This document shows positions 38,288 to 49,437 of a stretch of 64,000 nt of DNA, in pieces; position 1 is the first letter of the stretch; the number at the start of each line of letters is the position of its first letter. The notes beneath the pieces were generated by a model, which was given only the letters and a program-made list of their open reading frames with translations, searched no databases and was not told where the DNA came from. The DNA is taken from the NCBI GenBank assembly GCA_964384105.1, contig CAYLJV010000003.1, positions 128,001 through 192,000 on the forward strand, written 5' to 3'. This DNA is from Candidatus Hadarchaeota archaeon (GTDB lineage: Archaea; Hadarchaeota; Hadarchaeia; Hadarchaeales; JAGGTB01). A program made the translations under genes and the position numbers.

Positions 38288-39639
38288 AATTTTGTTTCTT
38301 TTAAAGTTGTTTCCGTTTTTTTAACTAGACTTTTAGCTTTGCTTTCGCTACCAGCTTCGGAAGTTATTCGGATGTAGGGCTCGGTTCCTGAGGGACGTAT
38401 TAAGATCCAATCTCCGTTTTCTAGTTCTAAACGAATCCCGTCTATGTCTACTATATTAGCAATGTTACTAAATTCAGAATTTACTTTATTTTTGAATTTT
38501 TCCATGATTATAGATTTTTTTTCATTAGGACATCTGACTTTTGAACGAGATATGGGATATTCTGGTATCGAGTCTAGAAGATTAGATAATTTTCTTTCGT
38601 ATGAGTCGATCATTTCTATTATTCGGGCTGCTGCGAGGGTGCCGTCTGGACACATGTGAATGTCGCCGATTATCCAAGTTCCAGAGGGTTCGCCTCCAAA
38701 TGCAATATTTTCTTTATCCATTTTCTCTGCTACGCTTACATCACCCACTTCCGTTTTAAAGACTCTACCTCCCTTTTCAGAAGCTAATTCTTCTATTACT
38801 CTTGAGGCGTCTACTGTAGTTACTATACCCTTTCCGAATTTTTCTATGGAATAGCGACCCATGAGTGCCAGTAACTTGTCTTCTTTTGCAGGTCTCCCCT
38901 TTTCATCTACTGCGTATATTCTATCGCCATCTCCATCATGAGCGAGTCCTAGATCAGCATCGGAGTTTCTTACAAAATTTATTAGATCTTGAAGGTTCTC
39001 TTTTGTGGGTTCGGGCTTTCGACCTGGAAAAAACCCATCTAAACTAGAGTTTATTGTTATGACATCGCAACCTAGCATTTTCAAGAATTTCGGGGTAGTT
39101 TTGCTTGTTGGACCATTGGCACAATCGACGATGACTTTGTATTTTTTCTCAAAATTGAAATAAACACTCATTTTTTCAAGATATTTTTTTGTTACGCTGC
39201 GTTTTTCTGCTTCTTTTATTTTCTTCCAGGATGGAGTCTCAAATTCCTTTTTTGAATAAATGGTTTCTATTTTGGATTCTATTTGGGTATTAAGGGCCAT
39301 TCCATTGGATTTAAAGAATTTTATCCCATTGTATTCTGGTGGATTATGGGATGCGGTTATCATAACGCCTGCTTTTGCTTCTGAAATCTTCGTAGAAAAT
39401 CCGACTACTGGGGTTGGTACAATTCCGAGTTTTTCGACCTCTAGTCCCGACGATAGGAATCCTGATACGAGTGCATTTTCCAACATTTTTCCTGAAACTC
39501 TAGTATCTCGACCGATAAGGACCTTTCCAGAGTTATCGAGCCATTTCGCCAAAGATTTGGATAGTTCTATAGCTAACCTTGAAGTTATTCTTTCATTTAT
39601 TAGACCTCTGACACCAGAGGTACCAAAAAGATTGTTCAT
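38284..39639 (-). CDS. glmM: Phosphoglucosamine mutase / phosphohexomutase
   Basis: FGTSGVRG, TASHNP, DGDGDR, RPSGTEP. Confidence 0.93.
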   Translation of the reverse strand: MNNLFGTSGVRGLINERITSRLAIELSKSLAKWLDNSGKVLIGRDTRVSGKMLENALVSGFLSSGLEVEKLGIVPTPVVGFSTKISEAKAGVMITASHNPPEYNGIKFFKSNGMALNTQIESKIETIYSKKEFETPSWKKIKEAEKRSVTKKYLEKMSVYFNFEKKYKVIVDCANGPTSKTTPKFLKMLGCDVITINSSLDGFFPGRKPEPTKENLQDLINFVRNSDADLGLAHDGDGDRIYAVDEKGRPAKEDKLLALMGRYSIEKFGKGIVTTVDASRVIEELASEKGGRVFKTEVGDVSVAEKMDKENIAFGGEPSGTWIIGDIHMCPDGTLAAARIIEMIDSYERKLSNLLDSIPEYPISRSKVRCPNEKKSIIMEKFKNKVNSEFSNIANIVDIDGIRLELENGDWILIRPSGTEPYIRITSEAGSESKAKSLVKKTETTLKETKF

Positions 39640-39654
39640 CCTCGGCCCTTGTAC

Positions 39655-40224
39655 TTATTTGAGTACCTTTGATTTCTTTATTTCTACTCTTCTTATCGGA
39701 CAAATCTTTCTTATTTGCTTATAGAGACTGGAAGCGAGATTCCCTAGGACCATTTGCTGTGCCAATTGGTTGAAATCGTAATCTTTGGCTTTCTCTCTGA
39801 GGTACTTTTCCATTTCTTTGTGTATTGATTCTTTCTGAGGTGTTTGTACTTTGTTCAGAGTTACCGCTATTGCTGTTATTCTGACTTTACGCTCGTCCGA
39901 GGTTGTAACATTGGTTATACATTCTACCTTAGTTGATCGTCTTCTCACTTGACTTCTTATATAGTCTCGTGACATGTCGTGGCCAACGAATTCCGTTTTT
40001 GCCTCGTGGTCTTCAACGTCTGTAACTTTAAAAGAAACTTTTATGTGGGACTTAGAAAAGTCCTCGATTAAATCTCCTAAAGTGACCTCCATAATCCTGC
40101 CCTTGACTTTTTCAGGGTCTGAGGCAAGTGTTTCTCCTATTTTTTTATTGCCGAACATAGAGTGGGCTAGTATATCGTACCACTCTTTTGAACGCCAAGT
40201 ATCTTTTCCTTTTGCTCTAGCCAT
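39655..40224 (-). CDS. rps3ae: 30S ribosomal protein S3Ae
   Basis: D.W.SKEWY, DYIRS.VRRR, P.RRVEI.K. Confidence 0.96.
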   Translation of the reverse strand: MARAKGKDTWRSKEWYDILAHSMFGNKKIGETLASDPEKVKGRIMEVTLGDLIEDFSKSHIKVSFKVTDVEDHEAKTEFVGHDMSRDYIRSQVRRRSTKVECITNVTTSDERKVRITAIAVTLNKVQTPQKESIHKEMEKYLREKAKDYDFNQLAQQMVLGNLASSLYKQIRKICPIRRVEIKKSKVLK

Positions 40225-40376
40225 TCTATCACAGTTTTTTGTAGGTTCTCTTGCTTATAAATTAAGGGCGAATTTAATATTTTGAATGATTCAAAAGGTA
40301 ATAAACATTATGGATTTTGCTGTTAATAAGTAAAAATTAAATGTTGCATCTAGAATTAGTTACACGGACTGAGAAG

Positions 40377-41663
40377 ATGTTAGATATTGAGATAATTAGG
40401 AATGAACCTCAAACCGTGAAGGAGGACTTAAGGAAGAGAGGAGATCCCAAAAGGTTGGCTTGGGTAGATGAGCTACAGGAAATGGACAAGAGATGGAGAG
40501 AGCTCAAACAGGAAACTGACCAATTAAAGCATGAAAGAAACGTTTTGGCCCAAAAAATTGGGGAGAAGAAAAAGAATGGAGAAGAAGCTGATCACGAAAT
40601 TGAGAAGTCAAAGGAACTTTCCAAAAAAATCGAGTACAAAGAGAATGAAATGGAGAGTTTGAAGGAGGATATAAATTCAAAATTAATGAACTTGCCAAAT
40701 ATTCTCCATCCATCTGTACCGAGAGGTGAAAGTGATGAAGACAACGAAGAGGTTTATAGAGTGGGAGAATCAAGTATTCCAGATTATTCATTAAAACCTC
40801 ATGGGGAAATAATGGAAGAGTTAGACGTAGGAGATTTTGATAGGGCTTCTAAAGTTTCGGGACATGGGTTCGCTTATTTGAAAAATGGTCTAGTACTTCT
40901 GGATCTGGCTATCGTGAATTATGCTCTAAATAAATTGGTTGAAAGAGGGTATGAACCAGTTGAACCTCCCTTTATGATGAAAAGAAGCCCCTATGAGGGT
41001 ACTGTAGATCTTTCAGATTTTGAGGATGTAATGTATAAAATCGAAGGAGAGGATCTATATCTTATCGCCACTTCGGAGCATCCTATAGCTGCGATGTATA
41101 AAGATGAGATTTTGAGTGAGGATGAACTGCCCAAGAAGTATGTTGGTGTAAGCCCCTGTTTCAGAAAGGAAGTTGGTAGTCATGGTATTGATACAAAGGG
41201 ACTTTTTAGAGCTCATCAGTTCAACAAGATTGAGCAGTTTATATTTTCAAAGCCGGAGGAGTCGTGGGATTACCACGAGGAACTTCTTAAGAATGCGGAG
41301 GATTTAATGAAGGACCTTGAAATTCCGTATCGAGTTGTTAATGTTTGTACAGGGGATATAGGCACTGTTGCTGCCAAGAAGTATGATATAGAGGCTTGGT
41401 CGCCTAGACAGGAAAAGTATATTGAAGTGATTTCTTGCTCCAACTGCACGGACTATCAAGCTAGGCGTTTGAATATAAGGATGGGAAAGGTGGGAGGAGG
41501 AGAAAAAGAAATTGTTCATACTTTGAATAGTACTGCATTAGCTACTTCTAGAACTATGGTAGCGATCCTTGAGAATAATCAGAGAGAGGACGGATCAGTA
41601 GTGGTTCCTAAAGTACTTAGGGAGTATATGCGTGGAAAAGAGATAATTGAAAAAAGAGCCTAA
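40377..41663 (+). CDS. serS: Seryl-tRNA synthetase (bacterial/standard type)
   Basis: MLDI..IR, LIATSEH, CFRKE.G, HQFNKIEQF, SCSNCTDYQARRL, HTLNST. Confidence 0.97.
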   Translation: MLDIEIIRNEPQTVKEDLRKRGDPKRLAWVDELQEMDKRWRELKQETDQLKHERNVLAQKIGEKKKNGEEADHEIEKSKELSKKIEYKENEMESLKEDINSKLMNLPNILHPSVPRGESDEDNEEVYRVGESSIPDYSLKPHGEIMEELDVGDFDRASKVSGHGFAYLKNGLVLLDLAIVNYALNKLVERGYEPVEPPFMMKRSPYEGTVDLSDFEDVMYKIEGEDLYLIATSEHPIAAMYKDEILSEDELPKKYVGVSPCFRKEVGSHGIDTKGLFRAHQFNKIEQFIFSKPEESWDYHEELLKNAEDLMKDLEIPYRVVNVCTGDIGTVAAKKYDIEAWSPRQEKYIEVISCSNCTDYQARRLNIRMGKVGGGEKEIVHTLNSTALATSRTMVAILENNQREDGSVVVPKVLREYMRGKEIIEKRA

Positions 41664-41666
41664 TCA

Positions 41667-41906
41667 CTATTCTTCTACCATTTTTTCTGCAGTTGAAATA
41701 CAAGATAACAGATCTTCAAGTGTGGCGATAAGCGTTTCTATTCGACCATCCATTTCTATCTCTGTTTCTACTTTTTTCCCAGATTTTCCGGTTTTTATTT
41801 TTACTTCTTTGGGTGAATCTCTATTGTCAGGTTCTATCGAAGAAGCTATTGCTTTGGCGGTGATTTCTCTCTTGTACAAGCATGAAACTCTGGCTCTCAT
41901 TTTCAT
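41667..41906 (-). CDS. KEOPS Pcc1 paralog (Pcc2-like)
   Basis: SIEPDN...TLIATLEDLL; rps15-recJ-rps3ae neighbourhood. Confidence 0.8.
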   Translation of the reverse strand: MKMRARVSCLYKREITAKAIASSIEPDNRDSPKEVKIKTGKSGKKVETEIEMDGRIETLIATLEDLLSCISTAEKMVEE

Positions 41907-41933
41907 TTTTTAGCAACTCTTCTAAGATTAAAT

Positions 41934-43334
41934 TTAGTTTAGGTTCTCATTTTCCAGAAATTTGTCTATTTTTTTAATAAATTCATCTTTTCTTTCTAGG
42001 GATATCCTTGCTGCTGCCGCAACATCATGACCTCCGCCACATCCTCCCAGTTCTTTAGAAACTTCTCTCATGGCTGCACCTATATTCCCCCCACTTTTTG
42101 AGTATTCTGAAGGAGCTCTTGCAGAGATTTTAAGCCGTTTTCCCTCTAAATTTACCAGACCTAACACAGGTCGATCGTATTTGATTAATCCTGATTCAAG
42201 CGCTATTGAAAGAGCTTCACTAAGCATGTTAACATCAATTTCGTCTTTTACGTAGATATACCTCATTTGTTCTGTGATTTTAATTCTTTTTTTATTAGAA
42301 TTGAACCAGCTGACTGCTTCGATCATTCTTTCTTTATATCTACCAAGGATTTTCTTGGCTTCTTCTTTGGAGCTTTTATCCCCCAACAGGGCGGAAAATC
42401 CTACTTCTGCTTTATTTAATTTTTCACAGGCGTCCAAAATGGTTACATATTCGTGAATTGTTGAAGGTCCATTTTCTTCGGGTAGGATGTAGACTTTTCC
42501 CCAAAGCGTTTGTTTTAACTTTTCCGTTGGTTCTACTTCTATTTCTTTAAGGATTTTTTCACTAATTTTTTTCTCATCCTCTAGACCAAGTTCTTCGAGG
42601 GAACTATTAGGATCAATTCCTAAATCTTTGATTATATTATTTGCTGCTTTTTCGTTTCCAGATAGTCCTGTTAGAAAAGGGCGTACTGAACGACTGATTG
42701 ATTTGGGAATTGGGAGTTTACGTTCGTCTAGTTTGAGTCCGTCTCTAGACGACACGATGTTATTCTCAATTGCAATCTGAGCGATATATTTGTTTACTCC
42801 GGTGAATCCAGAGGGGAGTTCCTGCCGGTCTCCAGTAGCCCCGATTAAGGCTAACTTACAGTAGGGTTTGAATCGATCGTTAATCTTTTCCACTACCGAA
42901 TATACTACTCCGGCTGCGCTGACGTCCTTGGCTCCATTTAAATCAAATTCATGAGGATTTAGAAAAGTGAGTCCGGGCCTTTTCTCTATTTTCCCAGGGT
43001 GATGATCTAAAACTAAGGCTTCGTGGTTGTTCTCGAGTAGATGTTTTTCTATGTATGAAAATTGTTCTGAGCCTTGATCAATAAAAACGAAAAGATCGTA
43101 ATCTTGGTTTCCCAGTTTTTCTATGTCTTTTTCCTCTGGTGGTCCTCTAAATGAGATATGAAAAGGGACATCGTAATGACTCATGCACATTGCGAATATA
43201 CTTCCCGCAGTGAGTCCGTCGGGATCTGTATCTGTATTTATTCTTATTTTGTTACTTCCGTCTAGTTTGGATTTTAGAAAGGAAGATATTTCATGAGCGG
43301 CTTTTTGAAATCTTTCTACTTCTGTGTCCGTCAA
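41934..43334 (-). CDS. RecJ-like DHH exonuclease
   Basis: D.DG, LDHH, LNP, GA.GD.Q, GGGHDVAAAA. Confidence 0.9.
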   Translation of the reverse strand: MTDTEVERFQKAAHEISSFLKSKLDGSNKIRINTDTDPDGLTAGSIFAMCMSHYDVPFHISFRGPPEEKDIEKLGNQDYDLFVFIDQGSEQFSYIEKHLLENNHEALVLDHHPGKIEKRPGLTFLNPHEFDLNGAKDVSAAGVVYSVVEKINDRFKPYCKLALIGATGDRQELPSGFTGVNKYIAQIAIENNIVSSRDGLKLDERKLPIPKSISRSVRPFLTGLSGNEKAANNIIKDLGIDPNSSLEELGLEDEKKISEKILKEIEVEPTEKLKQTLWGKVYILPEENGPSTIHEYVTILDACEKLNKAEVGFSALLGDKSSKEEAKKILGRYKERMIEAVSWFNSNKKRIKITEQMRYIYVKDEIDVNMLSEALSIALESGLIKYDRPVLGLVNLEGKRLKISARAPSEYSKSGGNIGAAMREVSKELGGCGGGHDVAAAARISLERKDEFIKKIDKFLENENLN

Positions 43335-43345
43335 TTTAACCGCTC

Positions 43346-43750
43346 CTAGCCTCGAACTAGAAGAGCAGCTTTTTCTGGATCATATCTCCAATCGGCTGGT
43401 AATCGGCCTTTTCTCCTATAATATTTGGTCAATTTATGGATTCTAGATTCCAACGTTTTTAGAGTTCTTTTCGAAACTAGGTCTTTTTTGTTCTTTTCTA
43501 AATGGTTTCTTAGTTTTACTGCTTTTTTCATCAGATTTCTTAACTCTTCGGGGATATTGGGGGCTGCTTCATGTTCTTCAAGTATCTCTAAGATACTTTT
43601 ATCCAAAATCTCGTTAACGTTGGGAACTCCGTACTGGTCTCTTAATATAGTACCTATTTCACTAGGCGAATTTTCCTTTTCTCGTAGCTCTATTACCAAG
43701 TTTTCAATTTCTTCAGGGCTTTTATTGATCCATTCTGGTGCTTTGTTCAT
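43346..43750 (-). CDS. rps15: 30S ribosomal protein S15 (S13e), N-terminally short
   Basis: PEW, S.IG.ILRDQYGVP, ESRI..L.KYY; SD GGTGA then ATG at 43750. Confidence 0.95.
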   Translation of the reverse strand: MNKAPEWINKSPEEIENLVIELREKENSPSEIGTILRDQYGVPNVNEILDKSILEILEEHEAAPNIPEELRNLMKKAVKLRNHLEKNKKDLVSKRTLKTLESRIHKLTKYYRRKGRLPADWRYDPEKAALLVRG

Positions 43751-43760
43751 CTGATCACCT

Positions 43761-44320
43761 TTAGTCTTTTTTATTTCGTACGTACCACTTAACAAGTTTT
43801 TCGATTGCTTTACCTCTGTGCGAATAACTATTTTTAGTTTCTGTTGGCATTTCGGCAAACGTTCTTTTCTCACCATCGGGTATAAAGATTGGATCGAATC
43901 CAAAGCCTTTGGAGCCTCGAATTTCTGGCGATATTTTTCCTGTTACTTTTCCTTCGAATATTTTGAGTTTATTGTTTGGTTCCGTGTACCCAATTACGGA
44001 TTTAAATTCAGCTTTCCTGCTTTCCAAGTTATTCATGAGATCTATTATCCCTCTGTTTCCTATAGTCTTGAAGACGTAGGCCGAATAAGGACCGGGAAAT
44101 TCATTTAAACTATTGATAAATAGTCCTGCATCTTCCAAAAAACAGGGTTTTTCTTTCGATTTGACGACTTGCTTTACACTATACTTGACTACCTCTTCTA
44201 GATTATCTGCTTGGATTTCAATATAACTTGTATCAAAATGTTCTAAATTTATTCCATTCTTTTCAGCAATTTTTTCGGCCTCTTCGAACTTGTTCTTATT
44301 GCTTGTTACAAAGACTAAAC

Positions 44321-44324
<4 letters not shown>
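43761..44324 (-). CDS. rdgB: Non-canonical purine NTP pyrophosphatase (RdgB/HAM1)
   Basis: TSNKNK, EDAGL, FPGPYS, GFGFDPIF, SHRGKA. Confidence 0.96.
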
Positions 44325-45999
<1,675 letters not shown>

Positions 46000-46182
46000 T
46001 TATTTTTGAAATGAAATAGTTTCCCCCGTTATCTATTAATTTATGGAAGTTGTGTGTACTCTCGACAGCGACGAGTTAAAACGGGATTTATAAACTATGA
46101 GTATTAATGAATAGCAAGGTATTGGTAAAGTCAAAACATCAGAACGAAATCTATAAAATTGGTTGTGAATAAGGGAAAGATA

Positions 46183-46737
46183 ATGTTCAAGTTAGTAAAA
46201 ATTAAAGATACTGTTAGTGTGCCGCCCAATAGGTTTGAGGAAGACCGAAAAAAAGTTGTTTTAGATATATTAAGAGAGAGTTACGAAGGATCGACAGATA
46301 AAGATCTGGGTGTCGTTGTCTGTGTCACTGAAGTTGAAGAAGTGGGAAAAGGAAAAGTCGTGATGGGTGATGCGTCGAGCTACCACGATGTAACTTTCAC
46401 TGCTCTTATATATGAACCGACACTACACGAAATTACACCAGGTGAAGTAGTCGAAATTGTAGACTTTGGTGCGTTTGTGAGAATTGGCCCTATAGATGCT
46501 CTAGCTCACGTTTCTCAAATAACCGATGATTACATAAGCCACGACAGCAAGAAAGCTGCTCTTATAGGAAAGGAAACTAACCGGAAACTAAAAGAAGGAG
46601 ACAAAGTGAGAGCGAGAATTGTCTCGATAAGTATGGCGAAAGGGAAACGAGAAAAAATTGGATTGACTATGAGACAACCGGGTCTAGGGAAGTTTGAGTG
46701 GATTAAGAAAGAAAGAATGAAAGAGAAAGGTGAATAG
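46183..46737 (+). CDS. rpoE1: RNA polymerase subunit E' (Rpo7)
   Basis: FGAFVRIGP.DAL.HVSQI, IGLTMRQPGLGK. Confidence 0.97.
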   Translation: MFKLVKIKDTVSVPPNRFEEDRKKVVLDILRESYEGSTDKDLGVVVCVTEVEEVGKGKVVMGDASSYHDVTFTALIYEPTLHEITPGEVVEIVDFGAFVRIGPIDALAHVSQITDDYISHDSKKAALIGKETNRKLKEGDKVRARIVSISMAKGKREKIGLTMRQPGLGKFEWIKKERMKEKGE

Positions 46738-46923
46738 ATGGCTGATAAAGTTTGTAAAAACTGTCATAGGATCGTTGAAGGTGAAGTTTGCCCGATCTGC
46801 AACGAGTCAAAATTTTCTAGAGATTGGCGTGGTTACGTTATAATTATTGATCCAGAAGGCTCTAAAATTGCCGAAAAGATGAATGTAGATACCCCTGGAC
46901 GTTATGCGTTAAGGGTGCGCTGA
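46738..46923 (+). CDS. spt4: Transcription elongation factor Spt4 (RpoE'')
   Basis: CKNC...CPIC...W.G..II.DP..S.IA...PGRYA. Confidence 0.96.
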   Translation: MADKVCKNCHRIVEGEVCPICNESKFSRDWRGYVIIIDPEGSKIAEKMNVDTPGRYALRVR

Positions 46924-46925
46924 TT

Positions 46926-47426
46926 TTGAAATTACCTGATGATAAAAGAGATAGACTTAAGGATCCTAAAGGAAAACTTTTTAGAAATTCAGAGAAGGCC
47001 TTCAATCTGGTTAAATCGATTCAGTACTCCGAGTTGATTACTGTTGGAGATAAGGTTTCTGCAGATTTTCTTAGAAGAGGATTCAAACCTGATGTGGTTA
47101 TTGTAGATTATACTATTCGTAGATCTCCTGCAAAGAATGGTATCAAGCAGACTATAGATGACTATGAAGTAAATGAGGTAAAGGTGGACAATCCACCTGG
47201 GCATCTTACTGAAGAGCTGATAGGTGCAATAAAGGGAGCAAAAACTCCGGTTAAGATTATAGTAAATGGTGAGGAAGACTTAGCGGCTGTACCTGCTGTA
47301 CTTAATGCTCCGGAGGGTTCTGTGCTAGTTTATGGTCAGCCGAGAGAGGGAATTGTTGTGGTTCAGATTTCAAGAAAGAAAAAGAAGGAATTTGAAGAAT
47401 TGCTTAATCTATTTGAAGAAGAGTAG
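46926..47426 (+). CDS. GTP-dependent dephospho-CoA kinase (DUF359)
   Basis: LK.P.G, TVGD, NPPG, GEEDL, YGQP.EG. Confidence 0.92.
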   Translation: MKLPDDKRDRLKDPKGKLFRNSEKAFNLVKSIQYSELITVGDKVSADFLRRGFKPDVVIVDYTIRRSPAKNGIKQTIDDYEVNEVKVDNPPGHLTEELIGAIKGAKTPVKIIVNGEEDLAAVPAVLNAPEGSVLVYGQPREGIVVVQISRKKKKEFEELLNLFEEE

Positions 47427-47435
47427 TTATAGAAT

Positions 47436-48347
47436 TTACTTTAAATAGACTTCTGGCCATTTGTTGTCTCGATATAGACCTGAGTTATATAGTATATTTT
47501 CGAAAGTTCCGGGCCTTGGCGTTTCTATTTCGATTATTTCGGCTTTTTCCCTATCAATTCCCGCAAGTTTTGAAGCGAGTCTTACGCTATTCTCGAAGTC
47601 TCCAAGTTCATTTACTAGACCTAAGTGATACGCTTCTGTTCCATTGAACCATCCACCCTCTGAAAAGACATAGAGTGGATTTTCGATGTTTTCTTGTATC
47701 TTTTCCGTGTCTGGCTTTTCAAGGGGTGCTTCATCGTAAACTATATTCTGGAAGGTTTTTTCTATTTCATCGACTTTTGATTTTAGAAATGACCTTTCAA
47801 CGTTATCCAGAATGCCGTCTTCCCATAGAGTTTTCAGTTTACCTGATGATATAGCTTCGATCATCTCTGCGTTCTCAAAATTTACCGGAACAGGTCTTTC
47901 TAGTTCTATATATACTCCTACTCCACCTACTTCTGAGAATGGATGTACTACGATATTGTCTGTCCCCAGTGAAGCTAAGTACGATCCGGAGGCTATTATT
48001 CCCCGTCCGTAGGACACTATGGGTTTTTCGAATCTTTTGATCATAGAGTACATTTCGTAGGAAGCTGTTGCAGATCCTCCTGGCGAGTCTATCCTGAGAA
48101 TAACGGCTTTAACTTGACTATCTAAACGGGCCTTCTCTAAGGATCTTTCAAGTTCCCCCGTGGAAGTTCCGATTGTTGAGGATTCTCCCGATAGAAGAGG
48201 TCCTTGAATATCTATGACTCCTATGTAATTGGATACACTCTTTATTTTCTTTTCATCTGGAGATACTAGGATGGTTGTAGATAGTGCTGCTGCCGCCGCA
48301 ATACCAGCGATAAAAATTAATATGAATAACTTTTCTTCTTTCATCAT
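47436..48347 (-). CDS. sppA: S49 family signal peptide peptidase (SppA-like)
   Basis: N-terminal TM; LRIDSPGGS, ASGSY, GKLK, GLV.ELG. Confidence 0.85.
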   Translation of the reverse strand: MMKEEKLFILIFIAGIAAAAALSTTILVSPDEKKIKSVSNYIGVIDIQGPLLSGESSTIGTSTGELERSLEKARLDSQVKAVILRIDSPGGSATASYEMYSMIKRFEKPIVSYGRGIIASGSYLASLGTDNIVVHPFSEVGGVGVYIELERPVPVNFENAEMIEAISSGKLKTLWEDGILDNVERSFLKSKVDEIEKTFQNIVYDEAPLEKPDTEKIQENIENPLYVFSEGGWFNGTEAYHLGLVNELGDFENSVRLASKLAGIDREKAEIIEIETPRPGTFENILYNSGLYRDNKWPEVYLK

Positions 48348-48452
48348 TACTAGTATACCTTTTGGAAGACTTTAAAAAGTGTTGAGGATTTTATTTGTCT
48401 CCATAAGGATAATTTTATTAAAAAACATTTTGAATGTGTTCTGGGATTCAAC

Positions 48453-49106
48453 ATGAAAGTGAAAATAACCGAAAAAAATCAGAATCCGCTAATGGATAGG
48501 CAAGAGATAAAGTTTGAGGCCGAGCACAGAAATGCACCCACTCCATCTAGGTCCCAAGTACTAGACGAGATAGCTTCAGAACTTGGTGTTTCCGAAGAGT
48601 TAATCGTGATAGAAAAGCTAGCAACTCCCCATGGTCTTCACAGAGCTTATGGAATCGCTAGGGTATATGATTCGCTGGATACTTTGAAGGAGTTTGAGTC
48701 ATCTCATTATCTGAAAAGGACAGAGATTTCTAAAGAAAAACTAGCAGAGACAGAAGCTCCAGAGCCTGAAGAAGAGGAGCCCGGAGAGACAGAGGGTGAA
48801 GTAAAGGAGTCTGAGTCGGAGGAAGTCGAAGGGAAAACAGAAGAAGAGGAAGAGGTAGAAGAAGTTGTTGACGAGGAGGTCCCTGAAGAAGCTCCGAAAG
48901 AGGAAGAACAGGAAGTTTCTGAAGAATCTCCAATTCAGGAAGAAGTGGATTATCAAGAATTAGCTGATCAGAACATCTCTGATATAAAGAAGAAGTCGGA
49001 GGAAATTGAATTAGATTACAAGAAATTGCTAGAAGTCGAAAAAGAGAATAAAGATAGGAAGACTCTCAAAGACTGGTTAGAAACGAGGATCGAGGAGGAA
49101 AAGTAG
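48453..49106 (+). CDS. rps24e: 30S ribosomal protein S24e with acidic linker and extra C-terminal helical domain
   Basis: NPLM.R.EI, TPSR, G.ARVY in first ~100 aa; ~115-aa extension. Confidence 0.93.
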   Translation: MKVKITEKNQNPLMDRQEIKFEAEHRNAPTPSRSQVLDEIASELGVSEELIVIEKLATPHGLHRAYGIARVYDSLDTLKEFESSHYLKRTEISKEKLAETEAPEPEEEEPGETEGEVKESESEEVEGKTEEEEEVEEVVDEEVPEEAPKEEEQEVSEESPIQEEVDYQELADQNISDIKKKSEEIELDYKKLLEVEKENKDRKTLKDWLETRIEEEK

Positions 49107-49376
49107 ATGCCAGAAGAGATAGATCTGGAAGAGATGGAAGAGGAGCCTGTTGAAGAAAAGAAAGAAAAGAAGAAACCTAAAAAGAGTACCGAAGCAACGA
49201 CTAGAGAGAGAACGAGAAGTAAAAAATATGAGCTTTATGAATTGGAAGGCGAGGACCTCAAACGTTTGAATAAAGCTTGTCCCCGATGTGGCCCAGGAAT
49301 ATTTATGGCCAATCATGGGGATCGACTCGCTTGCGGGAAATGCGGATATACGGAATTTAAGAAGAAATCAGCTTAG
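49107..49376 (+). CDS. rps27ae: 30S ribosomal protein S27ae with charged N-terminal extension
   Basis: [20 protein letters not shown]. Confidence 0.96.
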   Translation: MPEEIDLEEMEEEPVEEKKEKKKPKKSTEATTRERTRSKKYELYELEGEDLKRLNKACPRCGPGIFMANHGDRLACGKCGYTEFKKKSA

Positions 49377-49437
49377 ATAGCTCAAGGCTTTGAAGCGGTC
49401 ATAACGCTTTATTTCTGCGCTATTGGCTTTAGAGGCG

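Noticed and set aside
43751-43903. Long N-terminal extension of rps15 in the ORF track
   Set aside because: Overlaps rdgB in another frame with no S15 similarity; the SD supports ATG 43750.
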